Below are positions 40,791 through 52,939 of a stretch of DNA of 64,000 nucleotides, piece by piece. Made by a program: the position numbers and the translations under genes. This stretch comes from an uncultured Acidobacteriota bacterium. GTDB taxonomy: Bacteria; Acidobacteriota; Terriglobia; UBA7540. Position 1 is the stretch's first letter; the number at the start of each line of letters is the position of its first letter. Below the pieces are notes generated by a model that worked only from the letters and a program-made list of their open reading frames with translations, did not search any database and was not told where the DNA came from. Location: the NCBI GenBank assembly GCA_963804995.1, contig CAWDSK010000006.1:832001-896000 (forward strand), given 5' to 3'.

Positions 40791-41675
40791 TTACTCGGGC
40801 AGGTACTTTAACCAGGCCTCGAGAAAGTTCTTCCCGTGGAAGACCCAGGTTCGCTCATCCAATCGTTCGACTCCGTTGCCGGTCCGCCAGCGGCTGGTTC
40901 CACGTGTAGTGATTTCCACCTTCATGTCCACCGCCCCCGACATCTTGTAGGGCTTCATTTCTCCGAGCCGTTCCATCGCCCGCTGTGCCTTCTCGCGAAT
41001 CAGCTTGCAAGCAGTAGGGTGCGGCAGCATATACCCCGCTGTGCGACCGACGCCGGACTTCACTTCTGCACACTCGGCTTGCGGCGCAGTATCGTGTAGT
41101 TCGCGGCAGGCAGCCGCGTCACCGGAAAGCATTGCGACCGGAATTCCAAACTCTCCCGCCAGCATGTTGGTGGTGCCGATTTCACCCTCCGGCGTACCAT
41201 TCACCCACATGTTCTGGATTCCCAGCGAACTATAGCTGTGGCTCAGAATTCCATCCTTAGCTCCGGCCATGGCGTGCTGGCCAATGAAAACGACAGCGCT
41301 ATAAGATGAATCAAGCCCCATGGTCGGTGGAATGGGGCTGCCTGTAAGCAATCTACATCTCGGATTGATATCAAGCACGGAGAGCGTTTGTGAGCCGTCG
41401 TGCCCGTCGTACACAATGACCTCCGTCGCGCCGCCGGCGAATAACCCATCCACCGCCGCGTTGATTTCGCCGGTCAACAGGTTGCGTGATTCTTCAAATC
41501 GCCTGCTACGGCCTGGCATGCACTGCAAATCACTGTCGAAAATTCCGCTCACGCCTTCCATGTCGGTAACCACGAAGACCTTCTTCGGTAGCGTGGCCTG
41601 CCCAAAACCCGAGCCTACTAATACCGAACTCATCAATAGGCAATATCCGGCGAAGATCCTTTTCTCCTTCGACAT
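40791..41675 (-). CDS. M55-family D-aminopeptidase with signal peptide
   Basis: TDMEGV, YDGH, IGQHAMAG, SHSY, GEIG, LSGD. Confidence 0.9.
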   Translation of the reverse strand: MSKEKRIFAGYCLLMSSVLVGSGFGQATLPKKVFVVTDMEGVSGIFDSDLQCMPGRSRRFEESRNLLTGEINAAVDGLFAGGATEVIVYDGHDGSQTLSVLDINPRCRLLTGSPIPPTMGLDSSYSAVVFIGQHAMAGAKDGILSHSYSSLGIQNMWVNGTPEGEIGTTNMLAGEFGIPVAMLSGDAAACRELHDTAPQAECAEVKSGVGRTAGYMLPHPTACKLIREKAQRAMERLGEMKPYKMSGAVDMKVEITTRGTSRWRTGNGVERLDERTWVFHGKNFLEAWLKYLPE

Positions 41676-41995
41676 GGTTTTGTCACCTCGTTTCAGTGGA
41701 ATGTTGACGCGACTCTGGTTTCCCCAAAAATCGTTTGCCCGCCGCCCAGCCGGGGAAGTGTCAGCGCCACTGCTACGGCTCATTGGCCAAATCTTTACTT
41801 CTCGGGCTCACAACGCGCACGTATTAGGCGCCAACGGCAGCACATTGTACATCTGTTTTTTTCTTCCATAGATGCGCTGTTGACCGGTCCCAGTCACTTC
41901 AGACACAATAAGTGCGCAAGTGGCGTTTGGCTCCGCCGGTGACCGACACCAGCCGGGACCACTTTCCTCTGAACCAGCAGTCATGGCAGAGACAG

Positions 41996-43186
41996 ATGCC
42001 GCGAAAGGTGTATATGGATTCCGTTGGTGTCATTCTCTATTGCTTTTTCGTCGTATTGTTTCCGGCGGGTGGGGGGGCCCAGAAACCCGGACCTGATCCC
42101 AGCGCGCTGTTCGCAGAGGCCCAGCGAGCCCTCCTCGCGCACGACTACGCCAAGGCAGAGCGGGGCTTCCAAGAGGTCCTGAAAATCAATCCGCGGTCCG
42201 CCGGGGCTTATTCGAATCTGGGCGTGGTTGAGATGCGTCTGGGCAGGTACAACTCCGCCATCCAGGCTTTCCAGGAAGCCAAAAAACTCGAGCCTCAATT
42301 GATAGGGTTCGACCTGAACCTGGGCCTGGCTTATTACCGCAAACAGGACTATGCCAATGCTATTCCCGCATTCGCGCGGGTGCTGCAATCCAACCCTGAG
42401 CACGCACAGGCGCGCTATCTGCTGGGCATGAGTTACTTTATGCAGGACGACTTCGAGCGTGCGGTCGCTACACTTGAGCCGCTTTCGGGCGAAGAGAAGA
42501 ACAATCTTGATTACCTCTTCGTGCTGGGCGTTGCCTATGACAAGGTCAAGCGGCCTGCGGACTCCCAGCAGACCTTTGAGCAGATGATTCGCGCAGGAGG
42601 CGACACCGCTCATCTGCACTTGCTTCTGGGGAAGGCCTACCTGGACAATTCACAGACTTCCAGGGCCGAGACTGAACTGGAGAAAGCAGTGGCACTTGAT
42701 CCCAAGCTGCCCTCCGCTCACTACAATCTGGGTGTGGCCTATCAGCGCGAGGGGAAGTTAGATCAAGCGGCAGCACAATTCAAACAAGAAATGCCGCTCA
42801 CTCCGGATCATCCTTGGAGCTTTGAGAATCTAGGCGCTGTCTATCTCGATCAGGAAAAGCCCGACGAAGCCATCGAGGTGTTTCGCAAAGCGCTCGACAT
42901 TGATCCCAAGCTCCCCTATTCGATCGACGGAATTGGCAAGGCCTATTTGCTGAAGGGCCAGCCGGAGAAAGCCCTACCTTACCTCCAGCGCGCGGTGGGA
43001 CTGATGCCAGACAGTGCCCTGATGCACTTCCAATTAGGTCAGGCCTATCTGAAAACCGGTCAGCGCGAAAAGGGCCAGAAGGAAATCGTCGTGGCAGGAC
43101 AGCTCCAAGAGAAGGCTCGGAAGAAATTCGAGGAGACACTATCGGGGAAGTTACCCGCTCCGGAAGCTCCCGGGGAGGACCGATAG
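41996..43186 (+). CDS. Exported tetratricopeptide-repeat protein
   Basis: Multiple TPR units (AYSNLG, NLGLAY, AHYNLGVAY); signal peptide; start uncertain. Confidence 0.88.
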   Translation: MPRKVYMDSVGVILYCFFVVLFPAGGGAQKPGPDPSALFAEAQRALLAHDYAKAERGFQEVLKINPRSAGAYSNLGVVEMRLGRYNSAIQAFQEAKKLEPQLIGFDLNLGLAYYRKQDYANAIPAFARVLQSNPEHAQARYLLGMSYFMQDDFERAVATLEPLSGEEKNNLDYLFVLGVAYDKVKRPADSQQTFEQMIRAGGDTAHLHLLLGKAYLDNSQTSRAETELEKAVALDPKLPSAHYNLGVAYQREGKLDQAAAQFKQEMPLTPDHPWSFENLGAVYLDQEKPDEAIEVFRKALDIDPKLPYSIDGIGKAYLLKGQPEKALPYLQRAVGLMPDSALMHFQLGQAYLKTGQREKGQKEIVVAGQLQEKARKKFEETLSGKLPAPEAPGEDR

Positions 43187-43295
43187 GCAAGTGCGAAGCC
43201 GGACACAGCGTACAGGGGATTTCGTCAAGTCGAACTTGGTCTTCCTGTGGCCCCTATTGACAACCTGAGAAAGGTCTTTTTAGCAAGCTTACAGG

Positions 43296-45111
43296 TTAGG
43301 GCTTCGCGGTGGAGAGCTTCGCCGCAGTCGGGGCTTTTTCTGCCTTGATGATTCCAGCCCCTTCTTTGATGGTAAGGAACTGGTTGGCTTCGATGTTCGT
43401 GAATTTCTCGGCCCGCTGGGTAGTAGGCCACTTCACCTCAATCAGGTCCGCCTGTGGGGCTCGCCCAAGGCCAAAGTGCAGGCGCAAATCACTTTGCGAC
43501 ATCACGCTGGTTCCGGAGTGCACCTCATCGGTTTGGATGTGTTTTCCGGTTACCACTCGCACGCGCGCTCCGATGGCTGTGCGGTTACAGGTTGCGCCGA
43601 CAAGCTTGAGCTTGATCCAGTTGTTTTTATTGCCGCCGTCGTTGCGGAGCAGTGACGGGTAATCGTTCATATTCAAGACCAGCACGTCGATGTCGCCGTC
43701 GTTGTCATAGTCGCCAAAGGCGCACCCTCGAACTCGCAAAGCGCGAGGCTATTCCCGGCCCCAAGTCCTTGGAGACGTCCTTGAACTTGCCATTCCCGAG
43801 GTTCCTGTACACGATCCGCGGTGAAGTAAATTGGGCGTCCAATTCCAGCTCCGCGAGCTCCGGGTAAATGTGGCCGGTGACATGGAAGATATCCTCCCAA
43901 CCGTCGTTGTCGTAATCCATGAAACCCGCGCCCCAACACACGTACTGCTTGTTCAGGGCCAAGCCGGCCGAGCGGGCCACCTCTGTGAACATCCCGTCCC
44001 CGTTGTTATGATAGAGGTCCACCGTATCGTCTGAAAAGTTCGTTTTGAAGATGTCGAGCCAGCCGTCGCAATCATAGTCCCCCACCCCCAGTCCCATTCC
44101 AGCCTGTTCCTCCCCGTCCTCGCTGTAAGCGCATCCGGCACTTATGGCGATGTCCTCAAACGTCCCGTCGTGCTGGTTATGAAACAAAATGCTGGGCTCG
44201 GAATCCACTGCCACGTAAATATCGGGCCAGCCGTCGTTGTCAAAATCGTAGGAGACGGCGCTGAGGGAGTACCGAGGGCCGGGTTTCAGGATACCTGCCT
44301 TTTCCGAAACATCCGTGAACGTCCCGTCCCCATTGTTGTGGTAAAGGATATTCATCGCGCCGGGCAGGCCTCGCGGCCCGCAAATCACCGGATGCTGACG
44401 ATACTGGCAATAGCCCGTCTCTCCTGGCAAGGGCACTTTGTTCAGGTCCAGCTCGATGTAGTTGCACACGAACAAGTCCAGGAATCCGTCACGGTCGTAG
44501 TTGAGCCACGTGCAGCCGGTGCCCCAGCGGACGCGCTCTTGCCATAGCCCCGACTGCTTCGTTACGTCGGTGAAGGTGCCGTCGCCATTGTTGTGCCAAA
44601 GCACGTTATGACCCCAATAGGTACAGAACAAATCATCCCAGCCGTCGTTGTCATAATCGCTTACGCAGACGCCGGTGCCCCATCCCGTACGAATGAGGCC
44701 GGCCTTCTCGGTTACGTCGGAGAACGTACCATCGCGGTTATTCTTGAAGAGGCGCTGGGTGGGAGTCCTGCCGCCCGGATACGGCTCTTCGCCCGGCAAG
44801 CGGTCACCGTTGGGCAAATAGATGTCAAGCCAGCCGTCCTGGTCATAATCGAAAAAAGCCAAGCCGCTACCTTTGGATTCCACGAGGTACTTCTTGCGTT
44901 TGACACCGCCCCAGACATTCGGCACGTTTAAGCCGGCCTCTTTGGCGACATCCACAAAGGTGACCGGGCACGGGTTGTCGGGATGGGAGACCGTTGCCGC
45001 CAGCGCGGGAATTCCGGTCCATCGCCACAGCGGGGTAGTAAGAACTTCCAGTAGTCTTGACCCCAAGAGGATAGCGGAAGAACCCAGAAAATGGCGACGA
45101 GGCAGTCTCAT
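43296..45111 (-). pseudogene. CRTAC1-family (FG-GAP/ASPIC-UnbV) protein, +1 frameshift near 43731
   Basis: Repeated DYDNDGWxD motifs, C-terminal RLHFGLG; removing one base restores SRFASRGCAFGD. Confidence 0.85.
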
Positions 45112-45497
45112 TGATGTCAATTGTAGGCCCCCGTACTATTCCATAGACAACAACTCTATTTACCTCTCCAAGGGTACGCAAGAGAATAAATCCGGTGAGC
45201 AACGACCTGGACCAGCCATTTCTGGGGACTCTGATCCGGATAGGACCCTTCCCGCCAACTAATCCCTTGTGCGATCTTATGGCTTGATGGCTGCGGTCCT
45301 GCGGGTTTCACTAGGGCGGAATGCATTTATCGAATAGAGCTTGCGGTGCGAAATCGAAAACGGTCGGCAAGAATCGAGGACCCTGAGGTCTCGCCGTCGC
45401 GGCTGGCTCACTGCCGCCGCGGCTCTCCACACTAGACGATGGGGGTACAGGAAGATTCTCGCTGCCTCGCTGTACCCCCGCCCCCAGAACATTCACG

Positions 45498-48400
45498 TCA
45501 GAAGGTAAACTTCATAGCGAACTGTAAAACGCGCGGCGTCCATGCCCCTGACACCTCACCCATGCCATAATTGTTGGCGATGCCGCTGCACGGAGATCCA
45601 AAAGGCGTACTGCCGCCACAGCCAGCGTTAATGTTATTCCACTGTGTGTGATTGAAGGTGTTAAACGTTTCGAAGCGGAATTGTAGCGATGAGTGTTCGC
45701 CTCGCGCCCAAGGCAATTGAAAGTCTTTGAGCAGGGCTAAGTCCCAGTTATTTCGGCCCGGTCCAGTGAGGGCGTTCCGTCCCATATAGCCGAACATCCC
45801 CGGTTCACCGCTGGCGCTGAACTGGGAGAGATTCGGCTGGCCGACACTATTTGGATCATACCACATCTGAGTAGGTCCGAATTGAGGGTCGTTGTAAGTA
45901 GATTTCCTGATCTTGACCGGGGCGAGCGAGTTGCAACGCATTCCTTCACTGATACCGTTGCTCATTCCGTCTACACCGCAGCCGAAGTTCACCGGCTCCC
46001 CGCTGTAGAAAGTCGTAATCCCACTCACCGCCCAGCCACCCAGCGCCGTCTTTACTGTGGCCTTAGAGGCATTCTTGAAGAACGGCAGGTCGTACATGTA
46101 ATTCATCACCAGAGCGTGGGTACGGTTAAAGTCCGACGTGGCAAACCAGCGGTTTAGGTTGGACTCGTCCACATACAAATAGCCGTTTCCGCTCTCGTTG
46201 TCAATCCCGTGAGCATATGTGTAGGCCGCCTCGAAGCTCACGCCATGTCCAAACCTATGGCGCAAGTCCGCTTGCAAAGAGTTGTAATGAGAGGAGGCTG
46301 CATATTCGTAATAGTCGATCTGGCTGTAAGCGCGATACGGAAAAAAGAAGATGTTCGGCTGGATCTGGTTCATCAGGATGGACTGGACATCACAGTTGCC
46401 CGAGACATCGCATCCCGTTGTCCCGGCTAGGGCTGGAACGTTCATAGTTCCTACACCATCAGGTATGCGGGTGAGGTTCGAGGTGCGGCTCAGGTGCCGC
46501 CCCAAAGTCCCAACCCATCCTATGCTCAGAACAGTATCCGATGGAAACTCGTGCTGCACCGTGAGATTGTACTGCTGCGACGACTGCCAAGGTCCGGAGG
46601 ATGGATAGGCGGATACATACACCGGAGCTAGAGGGCCCTGCGCTAAGCTCTCGTAACCGTTAATGTTGTACCCGACAGGTTTAAATGACGTTGGCGGATT
46701 TCCAATTCCCACTTCCGAATTCCCGTAGGAAGACAAGTTGTCATAGAAAATGCCATATCCCCCACGGATAGAGGTCTTGCCACTGCCGGTAGGATCAAGG
46801 GCAAACCCGAGGCGCGGCGTAAACATATTCCGCGGCACGTTCCGGCAACCTACGGGAATCCCTGTCGACCCGCATTGTACCAAGCCGTTCCCGAACATCG
46901 TGTAGTTATATCCGGTACCTTGGACTATGTTTCCGTCGATATCGAGCTGAGCTTGTTTCGCCGGATCGTACAGTGCAGGGAAGAAATCCGCGTCGTTGGT
47001 GGGAATGGAGAAATCGTGTTCGGGTGTCGAAGCGTAGTAACGCAACCCCAGGTTGAGGGTCAACCTGCGGTTAACCTTCCAGTCATCCTGGATATAAGGC
47101 TCGTATTGCTGCTTGCGCTCGCGCGTCCAGCCCCATCCCCCCACCGGGACGCCACCAGAAACGGCGGTGCGCTCCGTGTACGAATAGATCCGGCCCAAAA
47201 ACATATCGGCTAAACCATTCTTCGTCGTGAGAGGTCCTCCGCCCGTAAAGACGTAGTTCCCCATCGGGTCGGCATCCGACCCCGGGCCCGAAGTGTGATA
47301 GATCAAAGCCTGCAACCCAAACTTAAGGGTGTGTCTACCCACCGTCCAGGCCACGTTGTCTCTCAACGTATTCACGGGGAACCACTGGCGATAGTTGGTC
47401 AAATGCACGGCCATGGTAAAATGGAAGGGCGTGCCCCCAGAAACCTTGATTCCAGGCAGATAGGGGATCGCAGCGTTGGGAGCGAAGAAGTTTCCCGCGG
47501 TCCAGTTGGAGGGCTTGGTGATCGATCCTGAGGGAGACGTAGGGCTGACCAAAGGAGTGTAAATCTGATCCGTGCGAGAGTACCCATAGATGAACTCGTT
47601 CATCAGGTTGGGCTTGAAGGTGTGGACCAGGTGCAGCCAAGCCATCGGAGTCGGAATCGACCTGTGCGTCTCTACGGTGTCGTAAGTGTTGGAAGAATAT
47701 AGGGCCGGGGCGACGATCTTGGTCCACGACTTGTGTGAGTACTTGACGAAAAGTCTAGTATTGTCACCGATATTCTGATCCACACGCGCGCTGATTTCCA
47801 GCAAATCCGCCGGCACCTTGATAGAACTCACGTAACTGTCAACGCCGTTATTGGGAAGAGGAACGAACGCATCGAGCATCGGCTTTGCGTTGGGATCGAT
47901 AGGCACAGTGTCCCCTGGGAACGGCTGGCCGGTGGCAGGATTTATGGGTAACCTGCAGCCGGAAGCAACCACGGCGTTGTAATTGGCAGACATTGGGTCG
48001 CATTCACTGAAATCCCCCTGCCGCATCCGCAGACTCGGCACACCGCTGGGGCCAATTTCCTTCCCGTCACGATACTTCGCCCAGTACTGGGAATAGTAGA
48101 AAAAAGTCTTCGACTTATCCGTGTTGTAATGGCCGGGAATATAGACCGGCCCGCCGAGGGTGAAGCCGAAAGTGTTAGCTTGCAAGGGGGCCTTTGGAGC
48201 GTTACAAGGTCCGGCAGGGTTTCCGCCACAGTCTGCTTGCACATTTAAGCTGCTCCAAGGTTCTCGGTTAATAAAAAAATCATTGGCGTTGAGGGCTTGG
48301 TTCTTGACGAATTCGAACGCCGTGCCGTGAAAGTCCTTCGTCCCAGACTTCGTGACGACGTTCAATCTGGGCTGCGCCCCGTGAGCCCAGATCTGCGCCA

Positions 48401-49140
48401 TAGTTGGCGGTGGAGACCCGGAACTCGGCAATGGATTCGATGCTCGGAAACTCCACCAGGGTAACGCCGCCGCTGCTATTATCCTCGGCGCTCTGGCCGT
48501 TGAGATTCCAATTGGTGGAATCCTCCCGCAACCCGTTGAAGGACATGTAAGCTCTGTAGCCGTGGCCGATATGCGAAAGGTCTGCACTATTATCGGGGCT
48601 TGCCCCGGGAACCAGGAAGCTAAGCTGCTGAAATTGGCGCCCGGCTAGGGCCAGGGTGACGATTTGACTTCCTGTCACCACGTCGGAAACGGATCCGCTC
48701 TCCGTTTCCACTTTCGTGACGTTCCCAGCGACGGTGATTTGCTGCGTCACCTGACCGAGCGTGAGCTGCATGTCTAACCGGAGCGTCTGGTCGACTTCAA
48801 GCCTGATCCCTGTGCGCACCAACTTCTGGAAACCCGAAACCTCGGCGCTGACGACGTAGTTGCCGATGGGAACCTTATCGGCCCTATATTCTCCCGCTGA
48901 ATTCGTCACCGTATTGCGAACAAAGCCTCGGTCGGGATTTGAAACCACAATCTTGGCTCCTGGCACGATGGCACCTGTGGAGTCCGTCACTATGCCCACA
49001 ATCGTGGCTTGATCCTGCGCCCAAGCCGCGACCGGCGAGAGCAAAACAAGGGCCAATATGAGCAAGCCCAGCTTCCCGATAACGTCTGTCGGAGATAGAT
49101 ACCCCTCTCTCTTGTCAAACCGTTGAGATTTACGCTCCAT
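45498..49140 (-). pseudogene. TonB-dependent receptor, Oar-like, +1 frameshift near 48364
   Basis: N-part (48280-49140) and C-part join at GAAQ/NVVTKSGT; C-terminal PRVLQFAMKFTF. Confidence 0.88.
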
Positions 49141-50543
49141 AAATCACTCTCCTTTACTCTTGTGGGTTCTTCTCAGGAGCGACGCTTATAAATTAACTGC
49201 CATGAGTACTGCAAAACTAGTGGAGAAGGCCTTCCATCGAAAACCCCAAATCCCGCGACCGTCAATTCTTCGACCCATTCCTTCCAGACCCGACGACCAA
49301 CACCGTCGCGGCCCATAGAGCGGATGCACAAACATCCTTGTGAACTGGACGGATTCACTCGCTCCTTCCTTGCGTCAACCTTCTTATTCGGTTAAATGGC
49401 GGGGAATTTGGGAAACTGGCAGGCTCCTCCTTTTTCTGAGGATTCCGCGTTCCTGAAATGAACGGCATTTACCACTAAAGGCGCGGTCTGTCAAGACAAA
49501 TCTTGGGATTTTGCAGCCCGTGATAGAACACGTTGAGGGCTCGCAGGTAAGTCTCTGCTTTCGCAGCAAAGGAGCTAAGTCGGATGAGAATGGGAAAGGG
49601 GTCGACCTAAATTCCGGAAGTTGCACGCATGGCGAAAGTCGGCGTGACAACCGCTTCGCGAGTGATCAACGGTTCGGATCTCACTTGTCCCTACCAATAA
49701 TCTCGTTCATCTTGAAATCATTGATCTTCTCAGGAGACGTTGTTAGCCTTGCTCGTCCATGTTTACTCCACTCCTTTGCGCATTGGTTAGCATCCGAGCT
49801 TGGTTTCGAAGTTGAGCAGTGCTGCAAATGGAGAACCTTGCCCTGCGCCACCAACTGATAGTTCTTAAGAGGTCTCAGCGTGGCCGGCTTCGTCTGGACT
49901 CCGCCGACCGATGGCTTTGGATTTGGCTCGCTCGCTTCTGGTCGAACTGGCGCTCGGCGTTGCTCATCGTCAAGCCCGAAACGGTAATCGCCTGGCATCG
50001 CCAGGGATTCCGCTGGTATTGGAGATGGAAGAGTCGGCACGGCGAGCCGGGAAGGCCTACCATCGAGTTGGAGGTTCGGGAGTTGATCCGAAAGATGAGT
50101 CTGGCGAACCCGCTCTGGGGAGCACCCCGTATTCATGGGGAATTGCTCAAGCTCGGAATCCAAGTGTCACAAGCCACAGTCGCGAAGTACATGGCTCGGC
50201 AACGAAGACCGCCATCCCAGACGTGGCGTACTTTCCTTGAGAACCACGTGCAGCAGTTGGTTGCGACGGACTTCTTCGTCGTGCCGACCGTCACTTTTCG
50301 ACTCCTATACGTCTTTATCGTCTTGGCGCACGATAGGAGACGCCTACTCCATTTTAACGTCACCGCCCATCCCACTTCCGAATGGACGGCGCAACAGCTG
50401 GTTGAGGCGTTCCCTTGGGACAGCGCGCCACGCTACCTGCTCCACGATCGCGACTCGATTTATGAAGGGGCATTCCGTCAACGAGTTCGGAGGATGGCGA
50501 TTCAGGAAGTTCTGACGGCCCCCAGATCGCCTTGGCAGAAGGC

Positions 50544-52637
50544 TTATGCTTCATACTGCACCTCATTGGTATGATTCGAGGGGTCCTCGAAGAATCGCTG
50601 CCTGGCAGCGAGCTTCGTCCCTTGCATCTTGCGCGGCGGATCATCGCCGGGGTGTTCATATAAACACTCGTTTTTCTCGTTGTAGGCTTGAGCTCTTAAC
50701 AGACCATGGTCCCGCCAGACTTTCACCCACCCGGTGGAGATGCCGAGCAGCTTAGCCATCTCTTGCAGGGTCAACAGGCCGGCTCCGCGTAGGCGAGTGT
50801 AACCGCTCTTCAAGGCATAGTTACGCCGTATGCGCGCGACGATGTGAGGGCTGAAGGGCCTGCCTTCGCCCGAGAGCCAGCCGCGTTCATTCAGCAGGCT
50901 AGCGATCTGCCGATCGGTACGTTGATCCAGGAGCCGGTCGATCTCCGCCACCACCTCCGGCTTGGTGGTGCGCTGTTTCCAGGCATTGAGGGGGATGGGC
51001 AAATGCAGGGTCTTTGTAGCTCCCCCCTTGAAGCGGATCTGAAGCGTGATCTCATGGTTGCGGGTCAACGTGACGTCTTCCAATAGAAGGCGGACCATAC
51101 GCTTCCGTTCTCGATGTGGCGTTTTCGCATCGCGCCACAGCCGAGGGAAGTCTGTGGCCAGGGCAAAAATCTGAGCGCGTTCCTCTTCCCGACACAACCC
51201 ACGGTCGACCTGACGTTGACGTTGATACTCTTGCTGAGCCTCTCCCAGAGCACGCAGCTTGTGGTTCCAGTCGGCCTCGAGCGAATCCGCCACGAGCCGG
51301 TTGTCGGGATCGCAACGCAAGTAGCGCCGCTCGGCCAGCTCCGCCTCATACCGGGCGCGCTCAACTTGGGTTTGGCGCAACCGATCCGCTTCTTCCCAAC
51401 GAGACTGAAGTTCTTGCTGCACGCTCAGCGCCACCTCCAGGGCTAACGGAGTGACCACTTCGATCAGCAGTTCCCCGATGGCCTGGTCGATACCCGCTCC
51501 AGGAACCGTCTGGCAGATGGTTTGAGCGTGTTCGATACCGTACCGCTGACACACATAATGGGGGGCCAGGCGTGACCGGTGAACATGATAACGCACGGTC
51601 ATCCGATTCCCACAGCGGCCACAGATCACTAATCCCTGCAGAAGCGCTGGACCTTCCCGCGGAGGGCTTTGACGACGGTCGGGACCCCAAGCTTGCGCGG
51701 ATTCCCGTAACCGCCGCTGATTGCTCTCATATTCTTCCCAGGAGAGGTAACCCGCATGGGCCCCAGGAAGGCAAGTGTCCCACTCCTCGCGAGGCAACCA
51801 CTTCACCGTCACGCCACCCTCCAGCTTCTTGCGCGTCTGACTCCGGCCAAAGACGTAGGCCCCGGCATACCGAGGATTGTGCAAAACGCGCAGGACATGG
51901 CTGTGAACAAGTTCCACCCATACCAACTCTCCTTGGTGGGGCCCCGCCCGCAGGCGGCGGGGAAACAGCAGCCCCTGCTGGCGAAAGGCCTTCACCGTGG
52001 CCAGGGCGGATCCCGTACGACGGAAGGTTTCAAACAAGAGTCGAAGGCCCTGTTGCACCTGCTGGTCCGGATCGAGAACGAGTTGCCCCGAGCCGTTATA
52101 GACCAAGCCGACCGGAGGTGGGATCTCCAACTCACCGCGCCGAGCTTTGCTGAGGATTCCGCCTCGCAACCGGGCTCGCAGCACGTGCAGTTCCGCCTCG
52201 CTCATCGTGCCTTTCAGCCCCAACAGCAGGCGGTCATTAAAGTGCGCCGGGTCGTAGATGCCATCTTCATCCAAAATGAGCGTGTCGGTGAGCGCGCAGA
52301 TCTCCAGCAGTCGATGCCAGTCCGTGGAGTTGCGCGCCAGGCGCGACACCTCGAGACCCAGAACGATCCCTGCTCGCCCCATCCCCACTTCACTCACCAA
52401 CCTTTGAAATCCCTCTCGGTCTACCGCCGAAGCTCCCGACTGGCCTTGATCGTTGTCGATCACGATGATCCGTTCCAAAGGCCAGCCCAGGGCCACGGCC
52501 TGTTGGCGTAACGCGTACTGGCGCTGGGTGCTCTCGGTATTCTCAAAGACCTGCCGAAGCGTGGACTGCCGGATATACAGGTAGGCGTCGCGTTTCAAAT
52601 GGTGGGCTTGAACCTTCTGCGGCATTTCGGTTCTCAT
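50544..52637 (-). CDS. Large serine recombinase (resolvase, recombinase and Zn-ribbon domains)
   Basis: AYLYIRQST, EVSRLARN, LLQGLVICGRCG, DPDNRLVA. Confidence 0.95.
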   Translation of the reverse strand: MRTEMPQKVQAHHLKRDAYLYIRQSTLRQVFENTESTQRQYALRQQAVALGWPLERIIVIDNDQGQSGASAVDREGFQRLVSEVGMGRAGIVLGLEVSRLARNSTDWHRLLEICALTDTLILDEDGIYDPAHFNDRLLLGLKGTMSEAELHVLRARLRGGILSKARRGELEIPPPVGLVYNGSGQLVLDPDQQVQQGLRLLFETFRRTGSALATVKAFRQQGLLFPRRLRAGPHQGELVWVELVHSHVLRVLHNPRYAGAYVFGRSQTRKKLEGGVTVKWLPREEWDTCLPGAHAGYLSWEEYESNQRRLRESAQAWGPDRRQSPPREGPALLQGLVICGRCGNRMTVRYHVHRSRLAPHYVCQRYGIEHAQTICQTVPGAGIDQAIGELLIEVVTPLALEVALSVQQELQSRWEEADRLRQTQVERARYEAELAERRYLRCDPDNRLVADSLEADWNHKLRALGEAQQEYQRQRQVDRGLCREEERAQIFALATDFPRLWRDAKTPHRERKRMVRLLLEDVTLTRNHEITLQIRFKGGATKTLHLPIPLNAWKQRTTKPEVVAEIDRLLDQRTDRQIASLLNERGWLSGEGRPFSPHIVARIRRNYALKSGYTRLRGAGLLTLQEMAKLLGISTGWVKVWRDHGLLRAQAYNEKNECLYEHPGDDPPRKMQGTKLAARQRFFEDPSNHTNEVQYEA

Positions 52638-52939
52638 CCTCTCACCTCCGGCCGACTGTGAAGTACCATGCTCGCCAGAATCGTAACCACTTCCGTGTGC
52701 AGATCGAGAGGAACCCTCTCCTCAGGGCCGGACGGATTCTGGGGTTTCATCGGAATCCCACCCGGCAGGCAGTGGGACCAGGCTTCCATCCAGCCTTTCA
52801 TCCCCTGGCGAATAAACAGCGCCAGGCCCAAGGCTCCGCGCCTGCCGCCTAACTCACCCCGCACTTGTCGCCGGAGTTCCTCATATTGGTTTACGATCCC
52901 CTCCTGGGCCATCAGGGGAGCAACGGGAGGGTCGCTCAA
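52634..52939 (-). CDS. Small accessory protein of LSR element
   Basis: YEELR...GLALFIRQGMKGW; TTGA and ATGA overlaps with neighbours (translational coupling). Confidence 0.7.
   Translation of the reverse strand: MSDPPVAPLMAQEGIVNQYEELRRQVRGELGGRRGALGLALFIRQGMKGWMEAWSHCLPGGIPMKPQNPSGPEERVPLDLHTEVVTILASMVLHSRPEVRG

Noticed and set aside
49813..49815. In-frame TGA in transposases (also 31624-31626) as selenocysteine
   Set aside because: The intact paralog has Arg or Trp at these positions, not Cys; ordinary nonsense mutations
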